Source of the DNA: Octopus bimaculoides
Lineage: Eukaryota
Reading direction: 5' to 3'
Length of the DNA: 37,461 bases
NCBI RefSeq assembly: GCF_001194135.2
Contig: NC_068991.1
Coordinates: 78,971,094-79,008,554, forward strand
Numbering within the stretch: position 1 is the first letter of the stretch; every line of letters begins with the position of its first letter. A program made the translations under genes and the position numbers. The notes beneath the pieces are model-generated. The model was not told the origin of the DNA. It made no database searches and saw only the letters and a program-made list of their open reading frames with translations. Of this stretch, positions 11,361-23,769 are shown in pieces.

Positions 11361-12466
11361 TACATACATACAAACACACACATATTTGTTGCCGTATGAG
11401 TAAGATAAGAAAATATGTAACCAACACGCAACAGACGTATTACATGAAAAGGAAAATTAATTGCCCACGACATTAGATGCTGCCTGCAGAGAATAAGTTA
11501 AGCACCCGTGAAACATTCGAAAGTTCAGAGGTCAAAGCTTTGTTGTTGTTCTCTTTTGTTTCTTCTTCTCTGAAAGTATAGCAACACTTCAATAAATATA
11601 ATTAATATCCTTTGCTAATAATGTTCGTAAGCAGCGAACAATGATAAATTTATTATTGCTATCGCATGCCACCATATCATAATGACCTTGAAATATCATA
11701 GCGTATTTTATGTTACTAACTATTTATTTACTATATTTTCATTATTTATTTAATATGACTCGATAAATAATGATATGAAGATGTACAAAATATTATTGGC
11801 AGATATCCCTACGTGAATTATTTTTGAGTTGTACAACCGCATTCAATAATAATATTCTTTTTATAATTGGTGAGAGGTCGATATAACCGACAGATTTGCA
11901 CAGAAATAGTTTTTTCATTGAAATAAATAAATAAACACAAAAGAAAACCACTCTACTTCTTAAATATCAAGATAATAATTCTCCCATCAAATTTGACGAT
12001 GATCTGGTAAGAGATAATAAATAGAAATATATAAATAAATAGATGAATAAATACATGAATGAATAAATGAACGAGTGGAAGAGCTATGAAACAGAATCTG
12101 TCTAAAATCATTACGTTTGTCTGTTGATGCTTACGACGACCACTTCAGCAATACGGCACTGAAAATGGGGACGGATGAGACCCGAGAATCACAGCTATTA
12201 AGGCCCCACCACCTATGCTACAACTTTAATGTACCTGAAGCAACGAAAGTGGTGGTATTTATTTGTCGGGGAGACTAATACAAAATGTATCCTAATGCAT
12301 GATCTACCATCTTGTAGCTTCGAAATGTCCAGTTACCAGGAATCAAAGACGATTATGGATGACTGCATAACTTGGACACCTGGCAAAGAGATCCAGTCAC
12401 TTGTAAGGCAGGTAGAAAACTGCATCGAATACTCCGAATTGCGGACGTTTAAACTACCGATGTGGG

Positions 12467-12534
12467 TGTTGATCGCTACATTGTTGTTGATCGCTACATT
12501 GTTGTTGATCGCTACATTGTTGTTGATCGCTACA
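12467..12534. repeat. 18-bp minisatellite (TGTTGATCGCTACATTGT)x3.8
   Basis: Perfect units at 12467, 12485 and 12503, partial at 12521. Explains the LIATLL repeat in ORF 12229-12612. Confidence 0.92.
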
Positions 12535-13539
12535 AAAATAAGTATTCGACCTCAAATTAGGGGTCTGTCAAGTATGTGCCACGTTGTGTTACTCACTAGA
12601 CACAAGTGTTAGACCCTTGCAAAGCCCCTCCCCCCCAAAAAAATGAATACTGCTCGCATATAATACTTAATCGTCTTTTTCCTAGCAAAATAAAGTCAAG
12701 AAAACTAAGTATGTATAAAAATGTGGAAGGTTACTAATATGGCTGAAGGGTTTTTTCTAGGTCTCGATTCATAACTAAATTCGTTGGTGTCAATGCTATA
12801 GCATTATGACGGTTTTATTCTAAATCATTGCTTCAATCACGAGGTAACGGTGTGTGGCTATCTGCACTAGTTGACTCGTTGACCTGTTGTCAAATTCGAA
12901 ATGTGGAGATGATTGCTACACATTTAGTTCATACATTATTTGTATGGAATAAAAACATATTATTAAACACACATACACACAATCACACACAAATATACAC
13001 GTTTAATGTGCATATGTACACATTGTTACACTATTAAATGGGAATCGAAACACCTGTATCCATCTACCCGTTAAAAGCTTTTGTTTCATACTGCAGCATC
13101 TCTAAAGTAACCCTCCTCATCATGCAGACTTGCAGCAGGTTATAAAGGGTGACAAGTTAACTCCTCCTCCGTCCCGAAAAGTACAAATTTTATTCAAGCA
13201 TATACATATGTGTGCGTGCGTGCTTATACACACAAAGGTGTTAATATATATATATAATTATAAACATAATTATAATTAGGAGTCAGCTAGTTGCTTCACC
13301 ACGCATCGAATTTAGAAATAAGAGCTAAAAATTATTTTCTACTACCGTAGAGATCTCTCACACAGTAACACAATCTTTTACGTCGGCAAAAAGAAAAAAT
13401 AACGAATAGCTGTATAATCTTACCTAAAAAGGTTATTTTAAAGTAGCGATCTACTTGGTAAAATTATTAATTACTTGATTAATTAATTTTACACTTTTAT
13501 TATTAATATATTCGCCATGATAGATCGCCAGCCACTACA

Positions 13540-13650
13540 CATTCTTTATTCTTTCTCCCTGTTTCTTACTGTGTTCCTTTGTGGAAGAGCGTAGGCTCGA
13601 AACGTTAAAGATTTTTTCACTTCCCGAGCGTTAAACAAATACATTTGTTT
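13540..13650 (+). mobile_element. Penelope-like terminal repeat fragment with a degenerate hammerhead
   Basis: gaagagcgtaggctcgaaacgttaaag...ttcccgagcgt shares GAAGAGC-N4-GCTCGAAACGTTAAA and the downstream (t)tcc..gagcgt with the copy at 34860-34920. Confidence 0.6.
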
Positions 13651-13922
13651 NNNNNNNNNNNNNNNNNNNNNNNNNNNNNNNNNNNNNNNNNNNNNNNNNN
13701 NNNNNNNNNNNNNNNNNNNNNNNNNNNNNNNNNNNNNNNNNNNNNNNNNNNNNNNNNNNNNNNNNNNNNNNNNNNNNNNNNNNNNNNNNNNNNNNNNNNN
13801 NNNNNNNNNNNNNNNNNNNNNNNNNNNNNNNNNNNNNNNNNNNNNNNNNNNNNNNNNNNNNNNNNNNNNNNNNNNNNNNNNNNNNNNNNNNNNNNNNNNN
13901 NNNNNNNNNNNNNNNNNNNNNN

Positions 13923-13971
<49 letters not shown>

Positions 13972-15754
13972 ATAAATATGTGCACACTTTTGTGAGTGTG
14001 TAGAAATGCAGAATACACTATCACCTATCAGTGTGATGTGTTAAACTGAGTGACGTATCTTTCTACTTAATCAATATTCATGTAATTATACAAATGAAGA
14101 AGCTTATTGTATATTTTGTGTCCATCAAATCAGATTTTTAATGTATTGTTGCAACACTGACAATGTCAGGTCACTAAGCCATAACTGACGAAAACATTTG
14201 TGATTACATTAGCACTCAATTTCTTACAAAAGAAATATAGATATACACTTATGTTTTGTCACCCTCTTCCTTCAGAGCTCTGCTCTCATTTTCTCCATCT
14301 CTATTTTTCTATCTCTTCTATTTTCAATATTTGAAAGAAAAGAATATAATTTCCTTAATGCTTTCAAAATTTCCATCGTACTAAAATGATCGTATGTAAG
14401 AAAATGGTAATGTCAACAGATTTCGTTATTTGTTGTAAATGTCACCTCTCTGTTGTAGGGAAGGTGGAGGTTATCAGTCAAGCATGACATGGTATTGTTA
14501 GTACAGAAATTTGTTGATCTTATGCTTTAATGTTCAGAATATGATGTCGTTAATTGTGAAAGTTAATTGGTAGAGCAGATTTGTCTCTTGGGGTTTATTC
14601 TTCTATTGGTAAATTTTAAATTTTGTGTATTAGGGGTGGGGTCTAATGTTGCGGACTATTCAATCAGTATAATTTTGGATAACATCTCACCATCACAACT
14701 TACCCTATGACTAAATTTTTATTCAACGGAACTCCACCTACCCGAGAAAATTTCAACTTAACAGAGACGACAGAAAGCAAAAATGAACTCAAATGTACTA
14801 CAGTCAGATAAGGGCTTAAATGCTCAAAATTTCGAAGTCATTGCAAAATTATAATTGTTAAAGAATAATATATTTGTACTCTACAAAAATATTGAGTAAT
14901 CCTTCATTTTGAAGCAGAATTGGTTTAATTATTACGTAACGTAAAATCAAGCATTAAGAAACGTGTGTGTATGTGTATGTATGTGTTTTTGTGTGTGTGT
15001 ATGTATATATATTTAGGCGCAGGAGCGGCTGTGGCTATATATATATATATATATATATNNNNNNNNNNNNNNNNNNNNNNNNNNNNNNNNNNNNNNNNNN
15101 NNNNNNNNNNNNNNNNNNNNNNNNNNNNNNNNNNNNNNNNNNNNNNNNNNNNNNNNNNNNNNNNNNNNNNNNNNNNNNNNNNNNNNNNNNNNNNNNNNNN
15201 NNNNNNNNNNNNNNNNNNNNNNNNNNNNNNNNNNNNNNNNNNNNNNNNNNNNNNNNNNNNNNNNNNNNNNNNNNNNNNNNNNNNNNNNNNNNNNNNNNNN
15301 NNNNNNNNNNNNNNNNNNNNNNNNNNNNNNNNNNNNNNNNNNNNNNNNNNNNNNNNNNNNNNNNNNNNNNNNNNNNNNNNNNNNNNNNNNNNNNNNNNNN
15401 NNNNNNNNNNNNNNNNNNNNNNNNNNNNNNNNNNNNNNNNNNNNNNNNNNNNNNNNNNNNNNNNNNNNNNNNNNNNNNNNNNNNNNNNNNNNNNNNNNNN
15501 NNNNNNNNNNNNNNNNNNNNNNNNNNNNNNNNNNNNNNNNNNNNNNNNNNNNNNNNNNNNNNNNNNNNNNNNNNNNNNNNNNNNNNNNNNNNNNNNNNNN
15601 NNNNNNNNNNNNNNNNNNNNNNNNNNNNNNNNNNNNNNNNNNNNNNNNNNNNNNNNNNNNNNNNNNNNNNNNNNNNNNNNNNNNNNNNNNNNNNNNNNNN
15701 NNNNNNNNNNNNNNNNNNNNNNNNNNNNNNNCATACATACAAACATACATCCAT

Positions 15755-15809
<55 letters not shown>

Positions 15810-16736
15810 AAAAGGTTGAGTTCTATTTCATCCTTTACTTTGGGGGATTCCAAGACGGCACTTCGATAAAACAGTCGTTCCCACAAAGCAAGGAAAAAAA
15901 TGGGATTTGTGGAGGGTTAAAGTGGTGACAAAAATAGAACAGTGAGAACAAAACAATAAAAACAAACGGTAAGGGCTGTTAAGCCATAACGAGGTCAAGT
16001 GGTGAACGCTGGAGAAACGAGCTTTGAGAAGAGACATGCAAAAGCACATCTTGTCTTTAGGAAGTGGAAGAAAGAAAGATAGATAGCCGTTGGTCACGTG
16101 TGAGCAGCAAGAGTCAAGGAGGAAGTGTGAGGGAGAGAGAGGGAACGGTGAAGGGGAGAGGAGAAGAATTAGAGAAAGGGTGGGAGAGAAAAATAGAAAG
16201 GAAGAAGAGAGGGAGATAGAATAGAGATAAATGTATGTATATATACACACACATATGCGTGTGTGTGTATGTGTGTGTGTGTGTGTGTGCGCGCGCGCGC
16301 CTACGAATATATGCTGTATGTAAATGTACACACACGCATACACACACTCACATATTCACACACATATACACGTCCACGCTACACAATAAAAAATATCGAT
16401 TCAGCGAAAAAGTACGTGATTGAGGAAAAGGAATATCAATGAAAAAAATCACATTCTTAATATTTACCATGACGCCAACAGATTTTTTTTTAAAAGTCTT
16501 AATTATTCATATAACGTCTGTTTCTGCATGTACGAGTTTGCTTTGCCACTGAAGCACTAACAAAGCGTAAAATGCACTGGCTTACATTTTACCATCTCTC
16601 AGGTGAAAGCAGTCATATACATGCATATATATANNNNNNNNNNNNNNNNNNNNNNNNNNNNNNNNNNNNNNNNNNNNNNNNNNNNNNNNNNNNNNNNNNN
16701 NNNNNNNNNNNNNNNNNNNNNNNNNNNNNNNNNATA

Positions 16737-16897
16737 TACGACGGGTTTATTTTAGCTTCTGTCTAACAAATCCACTCACAAGGCATTGGTCGGCTCGAGG
16801 TTATAGTAAAAGACACTTGCCCAAGGTGCCACGCAGTGGGATGGAATCCGGAACCACGTGCTTGAGAAGCAAGCCTCATACCACACAGCTACTCCTG
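16737..16897 (-). mobile_element. tRNA-derived SINE (Octopus-type, family A), minus strand
   Basis: The reverse complement reads caggagtagctgtgtggtatgaggcttgct...gtggttccggattccatcccactgcgtggcaccttgggcaagtgtcttttactataacctcgagccgacc..., with A-box-like and B-box-like (GGTTCCGGATTCC) motifs. The 3' end runs into a (TA)n gap. A stub of the same head (aggcgcaggagcggctgtg) lies at about 15015-15033. Confidence 0.85.
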
Positions 16898-17173
16898 ATG
16901 TATAATTATAAAAATATAAGGGGATTTTTCTAAACATCAAATGGCTTAGGGTGGTGTCCACGCGAATAAAATAGGAGCCAATGGTGTTCACATGAAAAAA
17001 TGTTTGAGAATCACAGGCTTAGGTGAGAGAATACGACAACGCTATATTTATTTGGTTACATTTAAGGAGAGGCAATGAAGAATAAAAACGAAAACCAAAC
17101 AAAAAATAAACAAACAACCGAAACCCCCAAACCAAAAAGGATGGGATAAGTTCACAATCAATGTTTGCATCTT

Positions 17174-17374
17174 GACGAACTGGCAGAATTGTTAGCGCAC
17201 CGTCGAAATGCTTAAAGGTATTTATCTGTCGTCATGTTCTGGGTTCCAATCTGCCGTGGCCGACTGAGCCTTTCATCCTTTCGGGGTTGATAAATTAAGT
17301 ACCAGTTACGTACTGGAGTTGGAAAAAAATCAGACCTTGTGCCTATAGCAGAGAGGATAATTAATGATTTTAGT
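17174..17374 (+). mobile_element. tRNA-derived SINE (family B), older and more diverged copy
   Basis: gacgaactggcagaattgttagc...gttctgggttccaatctgccgtggccgactgagcctttcatcctttcggggttgataaattaagtaccagtt aligns along its length with the adjacent copy. Confidence 0.85.
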
Positions 17375-17590
17375 AAGGCGGCGAGCTGGGAGAATCGTTA
17401 GCACGTCGGGCGAAATGCTAAGAGGTATTTCATCTGTCTTCATGTTCTGGGATCAAATTCCGCGGAGGTCGACTTTGCCTTTCATCCTTTCAAGGTCGAT
17501 AAATTAAGTACCAGTGAGACACTGGAGTCGATGTAATCGATTAGTACCCTCCCCCAAAATATCAGGCCCTGTGCCTTTAGTAGAAAGGAT
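17375..17590 (+). mobile_element. tRNA-derived SINE (family B), near full length, inserted at the tail of the previous copy
   Basis: aaggcggcgagctgggagaatcgttagcacg...gatcaaattccgcggaggtcgactttgcctttcatcc...agaaaggat. Flanked by the near-perfect 13-bp direct repeat TAATGA(T/C)TTTAGT (17362-17374 and 17591-17603). Confidence 0.88.
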
Positions 17591-18091
17591 TAATGACTTT
17601 AGTGTTTCTGACACAGCCCTACGTAGGGGAAAAGAAGTATAAGATCAAAAGAAATTGGAAATGGTAGGAAGAAGAAAAAGAGGAAGGTGTTAAGATCAAT
17701 ACCAATGTGAGATGTCATGTGTGAGTTGGCCAAAATGCTTGGCCGGAATCTGACGGTAAAGGATTAATGGAATAAGACAGGAGGGTAAATATTAGCAGGA
17801 GAAAAAAAAAGGATAAGGTGTTTGTAGGTGTATGGATGTCTTTATGTGCGAATAAGTGTTTCTGGGCGAGGAATATGGAGAAATAGTTTCCAAGTGCTGG
17901 GTTCTTTATGCGAAAGGCGGTATTGTGGGCGTAAAGGCATAAGTCAGTTATTGATGCATGGGAGTCTGTTTGCTTGTGTGTGCATACATATATATTTATG
18001 TACATATAAATTCATAGGTTATATGTGGAAATGAATACGCATGCTTGCACACACACACACACACTCATAAACACACAGACACATACGCACG

Positions 18092-18135
<44 letters not shown>

Positions 18136-18307
18136 TGAAAAAGTTTGATAAAAACAAGATGCAGTAAATGCCATTTACTCACCACGCACGTTTCGCCATT
18201 TTGGCAATCGCACATTTTAGTGTGCACCACACAGGAAAAACAATGCACACATACATAAACACGCATATATACAAACACACACACACACACACACATATAT
18301 ATTTAAG

Positions 18308-18357
<50 letters not shown>

Positions 18358-18711
18358 ATGGTTTATGTATAGAAAAGAATTGTCTGGAAGTGACTTTTCG
18401 TAAACAAGATGTGATGTTATGTTTGGAAGCGATTTACATTCTTAAAATACCTTAATACACATAATACTTTGCAGATACCCACCCAGGAGTAGACTTCAGT
18501 TAACAATGAATATGGAGCTAAAGGATAAGTCATTGTGCATAGAAATCTTTGGAAATAAAAGCCTTCCTTTACAAATCGCATACATACCGGTTACGTGCAA
18601 GTATGCGTGTATATACAATTGTGTGTATATGAATGCGTGTAGCTATATGGTTTACAAGAATGTACAGCAAGTAGACAGCGACAAAATGTATATGTACATC
18701 TATACAGATAC

Positions 18712-18773
<62 letters not shown>

Positions 18774-18862
18774 ACATACATATGTGTATTATATATAAAC
18801 ATATATGTATGTGCGTGTGTGCGTGTATAGATACACACTCACACACCATCTAGGTATGTGTG

Positions 18863-18896
<34 letters not shown>

Positions 18897-19690
18897 CACG
18901 TAAATAGTAAGGTGGATAGCAAGTGAAGGCAATGACGATGGTGATGATTGTGCTGATGGTGATGGTCTGTATTGGATTTGGTGGTAGCGATATCGGTGAT
19001 GGCGAAATAACTTGGAGTCAGCCGAATGTATAAACCAGGATATTGGTATATGAAGCAGTGAATGTAAACTTATATACTCACTTAAAAATTAACTGGAGCG
19101 TAATGTTTGCAAATACCCCCCCCCCNNNNNNNNNNNNNNNNNNNNNNNNNNNNNNNNNNNNNNNNNNNNNNNNNNNNNNNNNNNNNNNNNNNNNNNNNNN
19201 NNNNNNNNNNNNNNNNNNNNNNNNNNNNNNNNNNNNNNNNNNNNNNNNNNNNNNNNNNNNNNNNNNNNNNNNNNNNNNNNNNNNNNNNNNNNNNNNNNNN
19301 NNNNNNNNNNNNNNNNNNNNNNNNNNNNNNNNNNNNNNNNNNNNNNNNNNNNNNNNNNNNNNNNNNNNNNNNNNNNNNNNNNNNNNNNNNNNNNNNNNNN
19401 NNNNNNNNNNNNNNNNNNNNNNNNNNNNNNNNNNNNNNNNNNNNNNNNNNNNNNNNNNNNNNNNNNNNNNNNNNNNNNNNNNNNNNNNNNNNNNNNNNNN
19501 NNNNNNNNNNNNNNNNNNNATATATACATATATATATATATATAAAATTAACAGAATTGAATAACAAATCCAAGGTTGTGAAAGAATTTAGAACATTTAT
19601 AAAGAGAAGGTCTTACAAAATATCCCGGAACAGCTGTAAGAGCATCTCTTTAAACATTTTTCACATCCTTGGATTTTTTATCTCATTCTG

Positions 19691-19727
<37 letters not shown>

Positions 19728-19882
19728 CGAAAGTTAAGGGTTGTGAATCCAACCCACTAAGGGATAATATCTATGCAATACACTGCCGGAAGAATGCCCA
19801 ATTATTATTACACTAGTGTGTTTTCTTTGTATTACGAAGTGCAATAAATGGGTGCGGGTAAAAAGATATTTTACCATTAATT

Positions 19883-20150
19883 TATATAGCAATAAGAAAA
19901 TGGAGGGGAATAGATGCTAGTCATCAGCTTGCAGACATTTTATTGTTTACTAAAAGGACACTAATAACAATATACTAACACATGCGACATATTGTATTTT
20001 AATTACTGATATGACATAATATGTCACATGTGTTTGTATATTGTTATTATTGTCCTTTTAGTAAACAAATAAACAGGTAAATTGACATAATACAATGTCT
20101 GCAAGCTGATGACTACCATCTATTCCCCTCCATTTTCTTATTGCTATATA
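19883..20150. mobile_element. Fold-back MITE (about 268 bp), almost entirely palindromic, in a TA context
   Basis: Outer arms TATAGCAATAAGAAAATGGAGGGGAATAGATGCTAGTCATCAGCTTGCAGACATT and AATGTCTGCAAGCTGATGACTACCATCTATTCCCCTCCATTTTCTTATTGCTATA (1 mismatch in about 55 bp). Inner arms tttactaaaaggacactaataacaatatac...catgcgacatatt and aatatgtcacatg...gtatattgttattattgtccttttagtaaa, with a loop of about 25 nt. Confidence 0.88.
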
Positions 20151-21369
20151 TATATATATATATATATATAGGTAAATTGAAATTTAGAGGTAATACTTGA
20201 CAATTGTAAGCACCTGTGTATTCCAGCTCGTGGTTGCGGTGAAAGAATAAATTGTAAATCCAAAAAATAACAACAAAACTACAAAGGATTCCGCGGTACA
20301 CGTGTTTCAAGCTTTATATGTGTATAATATAATATGTGTATAATTTACAATGTAAAGCTATCCTCAGTCGCAAAATTATTTCTCTCCCAGGAAATTATAC
20401 CACCTCGGCGTTGAAGTAGGAAGAAAGGTGTGATGTAAGAGGTGAAGATNNNNNNNNNNNNNNNNNNNNNNNNNNNNNNNNNNNNNNNNNNNNNNNNNNN
20501 NNNNNNNNNNNNNNNNNNNNNNNNNNNNNNNNNNNNNNNNNNNNNNNNNNNNNNNNNNNNNNNNNNNNNNNNNNNNNNNNNNNNNNNNNNNNNNNNNNNN
20601 NNNNNNNNNNNNNNNNNNNNNNNNNNNNNNNNNNNNNNNNNNNNNNNNNNNNNNNNNNNNNNNNNNNNNNNNNNNNNNNNNNNNNNNNNNNNNNNNNNNN
20701 NNNNNNNNNNNNNNNNNNNNNNNNNNNNNNNNNNNNNNNNNNNNNNNNNNNNNNNNNNNNNNNNNNNNNNNNNNNNNNNNNNNNNNNNNNNNNNNNNNNN
20801 NNNNNNNNNNNNNNNNNNNNNNNNNNNNNNNNNNNNNNNNNNNNNNNNNNNNNNNNNNNNNNNNNNNNNNNNNNNNNNNNNNNNNNNNNNNNNNNNNNNN
20901 NNNNNNNNNNNNNNNNNNNNNNNNNNNNNNNNNNNNNNNNNNNNNNNNNNNNNNNNNNNNNNNNNNNNNNNNNNNNNNNNNNNNNNNNNNNNNNNNNNNN
21001 NNNNNNNNNNNNNNNNNNNNNNNNNNTTTTTTTTTTTTTTTTGTTTGCTACACTTGAATATATTTCATTGTTTTCGTTTTATATGGTTATTATCTGAGAT
21101 GCTTTTCTTTTATGCAAATATTGTATTTTGTGTTAAAATCAATTCTGAATTCTTTGACTGGAAACATTGAATGTATTCTTAGCAATCCTAAGATGCAATA
21201 CATACACGCAAGGCTTCGAAATTCACTATCTTATAATACAGAGTAAACTCTGTGTGCTTGTGTGCTTGTTTGAAGGAATGTGCCTATGTGTATTTGAGTG
21301 TATGTCTGTGTGTGTGCGCGCGTGTGGCTGCGTCTGTGTTTGTGTGTGCGTGTCTGCGTGTGTTAGTGC

Positions 21370-21540
21370 CTTGTCTTGTGGTTACGGTATTGCACTCATA
21401 ATTGCAAGATCGTGGTTTCAGTTCCTGGACTAGGCGGTGTGTTGCGTTCCTGAGTAAAACACTTCATCTCCCGTTGCTCTGCGAAATTTTGCGCACCCGA
21501 CGGGTGGCACACCATACACCAGTTCACTGTTCAGGTAATG
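21370..21540 (+). mobile_element. tRNA-derived SINE (family C), degenerate
   Basis: gtggttacggtattgcactcataattgcaagatcgtggtttcagttcctgg has tRNA A/B-box-like spacing, followed by gtgttgcgttcctgagtaaaacacttcatctc, which resembles the common gtgtccttgagcaagacactt SINE body. Confidence 0.55.
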
Positions 21541-21630
21541 GTACCACAGTTTCTCTTCTCTATCCCAAATCATTATATCAGGTCTGTGTGTTTTCATTTT
21601 AGTGCGGTCTTCATTGGGACATTCCACCAG
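21541..21630 (-). mobile_element. Fragment of the restriction-like endonuclease domain of an R2/R4/NeSL-type non-LTR retrotransposon
   Basis: Minus-strand translation LVECPNEDRTKMKTHRPDIMIWDREEKLWY matches the RPD(I/L)xxWD PD-(D/E)xK RLE motif. Confidence 0.6.
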
Positions 21631-22054
21631 TATGTATGTATGTATGTATGTATGTATGAATAAATGAATGTATGCATGTATATCTATATACATATATGTA
21701 TATATGTCTGTATGTGTGTGTGTGTGTGTGTGTGCATTTATACACAAACACACACACACACACACATACATGCACAACACATTCTTGCGGGTGATTGATT
21801 TGAAACCGAAACGGACAAAGTAAGCAACTAAGGCGGGAGCCCTGGTAGCTGACATTAGTTCAAGGTAAAGAGACCGTAAATTACATCTTCTCTAAGAAAA
21901 AGCTAACTCAGTCACTGCTGCCTGCATTCAGGCCAAGCATACAGACGAACGGACAACCGCTTATAACTTAGATGTTTAAGGTAGATGGAGAAAGATTCTA
22001 ACATTGCTTGTATTATCCTCTAGATACGTCTTGAGGCAAACCATGTCATCTTAC

Positions 22055-22087
<33 letters not shown>

Positions 22088-22477
22088 CGTATCTATTTAC
22101 ACACACACATACACACACACACACTTGTTTTTCTATCTATATTATATATGTATGTATATATACATACATACATATATAGATAAATACATAAATACATATA
22201 TATATGTATGTATGTATCTATGTATATATATATGCCGATTTAATGGCACATATTTCATGTAATTCGAAAATTATTTTAAAGAAAGAAACGAAATAAGCAT
22301 GACCAAGTGTTGATTGCGTGTAAGGTTTATAGGTTATATGACACGCTTCAAATTTGTGAACGTGTGAATTACAACACGCAATATTATACGAATCCTTGTG
22401 AAAATATTTTGACATTAAATTTATATTTCTTTCGTTTTGTTTTTTCAGCATCAGACTTAGCTTTTCCAATACACCCG

Positions 22478-22509
<32 letters not shown>

Positions 22510-23149
22510 AAAGAAAAACGTCAAAACAAAAAGAAAAGAAACAATATTTCCATCGTCGCTGCCGAATTCTTTATTTTAAAAGCAGAAAGTAAAAGTAAAA
22601 AGAAAGAAAACTACAGACACAACTGTGACTTTTTCTTTTCTGTAATATAAAATAATTCAGCACTAGCGAATTCAAAATAATTCATAGAACATCATGAAGA
22701 ATCACTGAAAAATTGGGATTCAAATGTCACAAAATCTTGTAGTATTGCATTATAGCAACAACGGTGATTTGCTATATTCACTCTGTTAAGTCATGAATAT
22801 ATTTTTTCTTTAAAGATATCTATTGTGTCTAATTTCATTTTTGTTATTCTGACAATGAATCGTAATTTCTGCTACCAAAAATATCAACTAATGATGTATG
22901 GTTATGCAGAACATCACTCTAAATTCCCACACAAAGCCTTCTCAATAGGCCTTGTGTATTACACCGAAGCATACCTTTTCTCCTGACGAAATCGAAAGAA
23001 TCTTAAAAGAAATTGTTGTTGACCTACATGACTAGTGCTGCCTTTAGAATGACTGAAATTTGTAGGTAACTGACTTTAAGATAAACCTAGATCCAAAACA
23101 TATTCTTCAATACCTAAACACTATATTATTGATTTCTAACATTATCACA

Positions 23150-23222
23150 AGACCGCAAAAGTAAGGTTGCGTGAGGTCGATTAAATCGAACGCAGTACAT
23201 GACTGCTACATATTTTATTAAA
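23150..23222 (-). mobile_element. SINE family B 3' fragment, reverse orientation
   Basis: gtcgattaaatcgaacgcagtacatgactgctacatattttatt is approximately the reverse complement of aataaattaagtaccagtgagacactggagtcgatgtaatcga (17499-17540). Confidence 0.5.
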
Positions 23223-23649
23223 ATAGGTTTGACTTAACCACAGAATTTACAGGAGATAAAGAAATTAAACAAAGTGTTTTGAAGTATTTAGTATAGTTAT
23301 ATAATATAGCTTTATGTGTATTTTAAATGTAGCTTCGTTAATAACCGAGTAAAGATCACAAACATCTCGATGCTTTCAACAGCGTCGCTACCTCCGGAAG
23401 AGTGAAACATTATTAGCGCTGGCGGGAAATAGTTTTATTTTTACTGACACTGATTGCAGTACGCTTTCTTTCTCTGCCATACATTAATCCAGAAAGTCAG
23501 GTAATGACGAGTGATAACACAACAACATAAATATATTAATTGGGAAAATTATTTCAGTATGCCGAAAGAAAAAAAGCTGTTACATTCAATAAAATGTATA
23601 CTACATAGCATTTAGAATCAAGCACGCGCATACACATAGACATGCTTAC

Positions 23650-23650
<1 letters not shown>

Positions 23651-23717
<67 letters not shown>

Positions 23718-23730
23718 GTCTCTCTCTCTG

Positions 23731-23765
<35 letters not shown>
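23651..23765. repeat. Compound microsatellite (TCTA)n-(TC)n-(TA)n
   Basis: Read directly. Confidence 0.95.

Positions 23766-23769
<4 letters not shown>

Noticed and set aside
22984-23002. CTGACGA-AATC-GAAAG hammerhead-like core
   Set aside because: No stem II and no stem I/III pairing.
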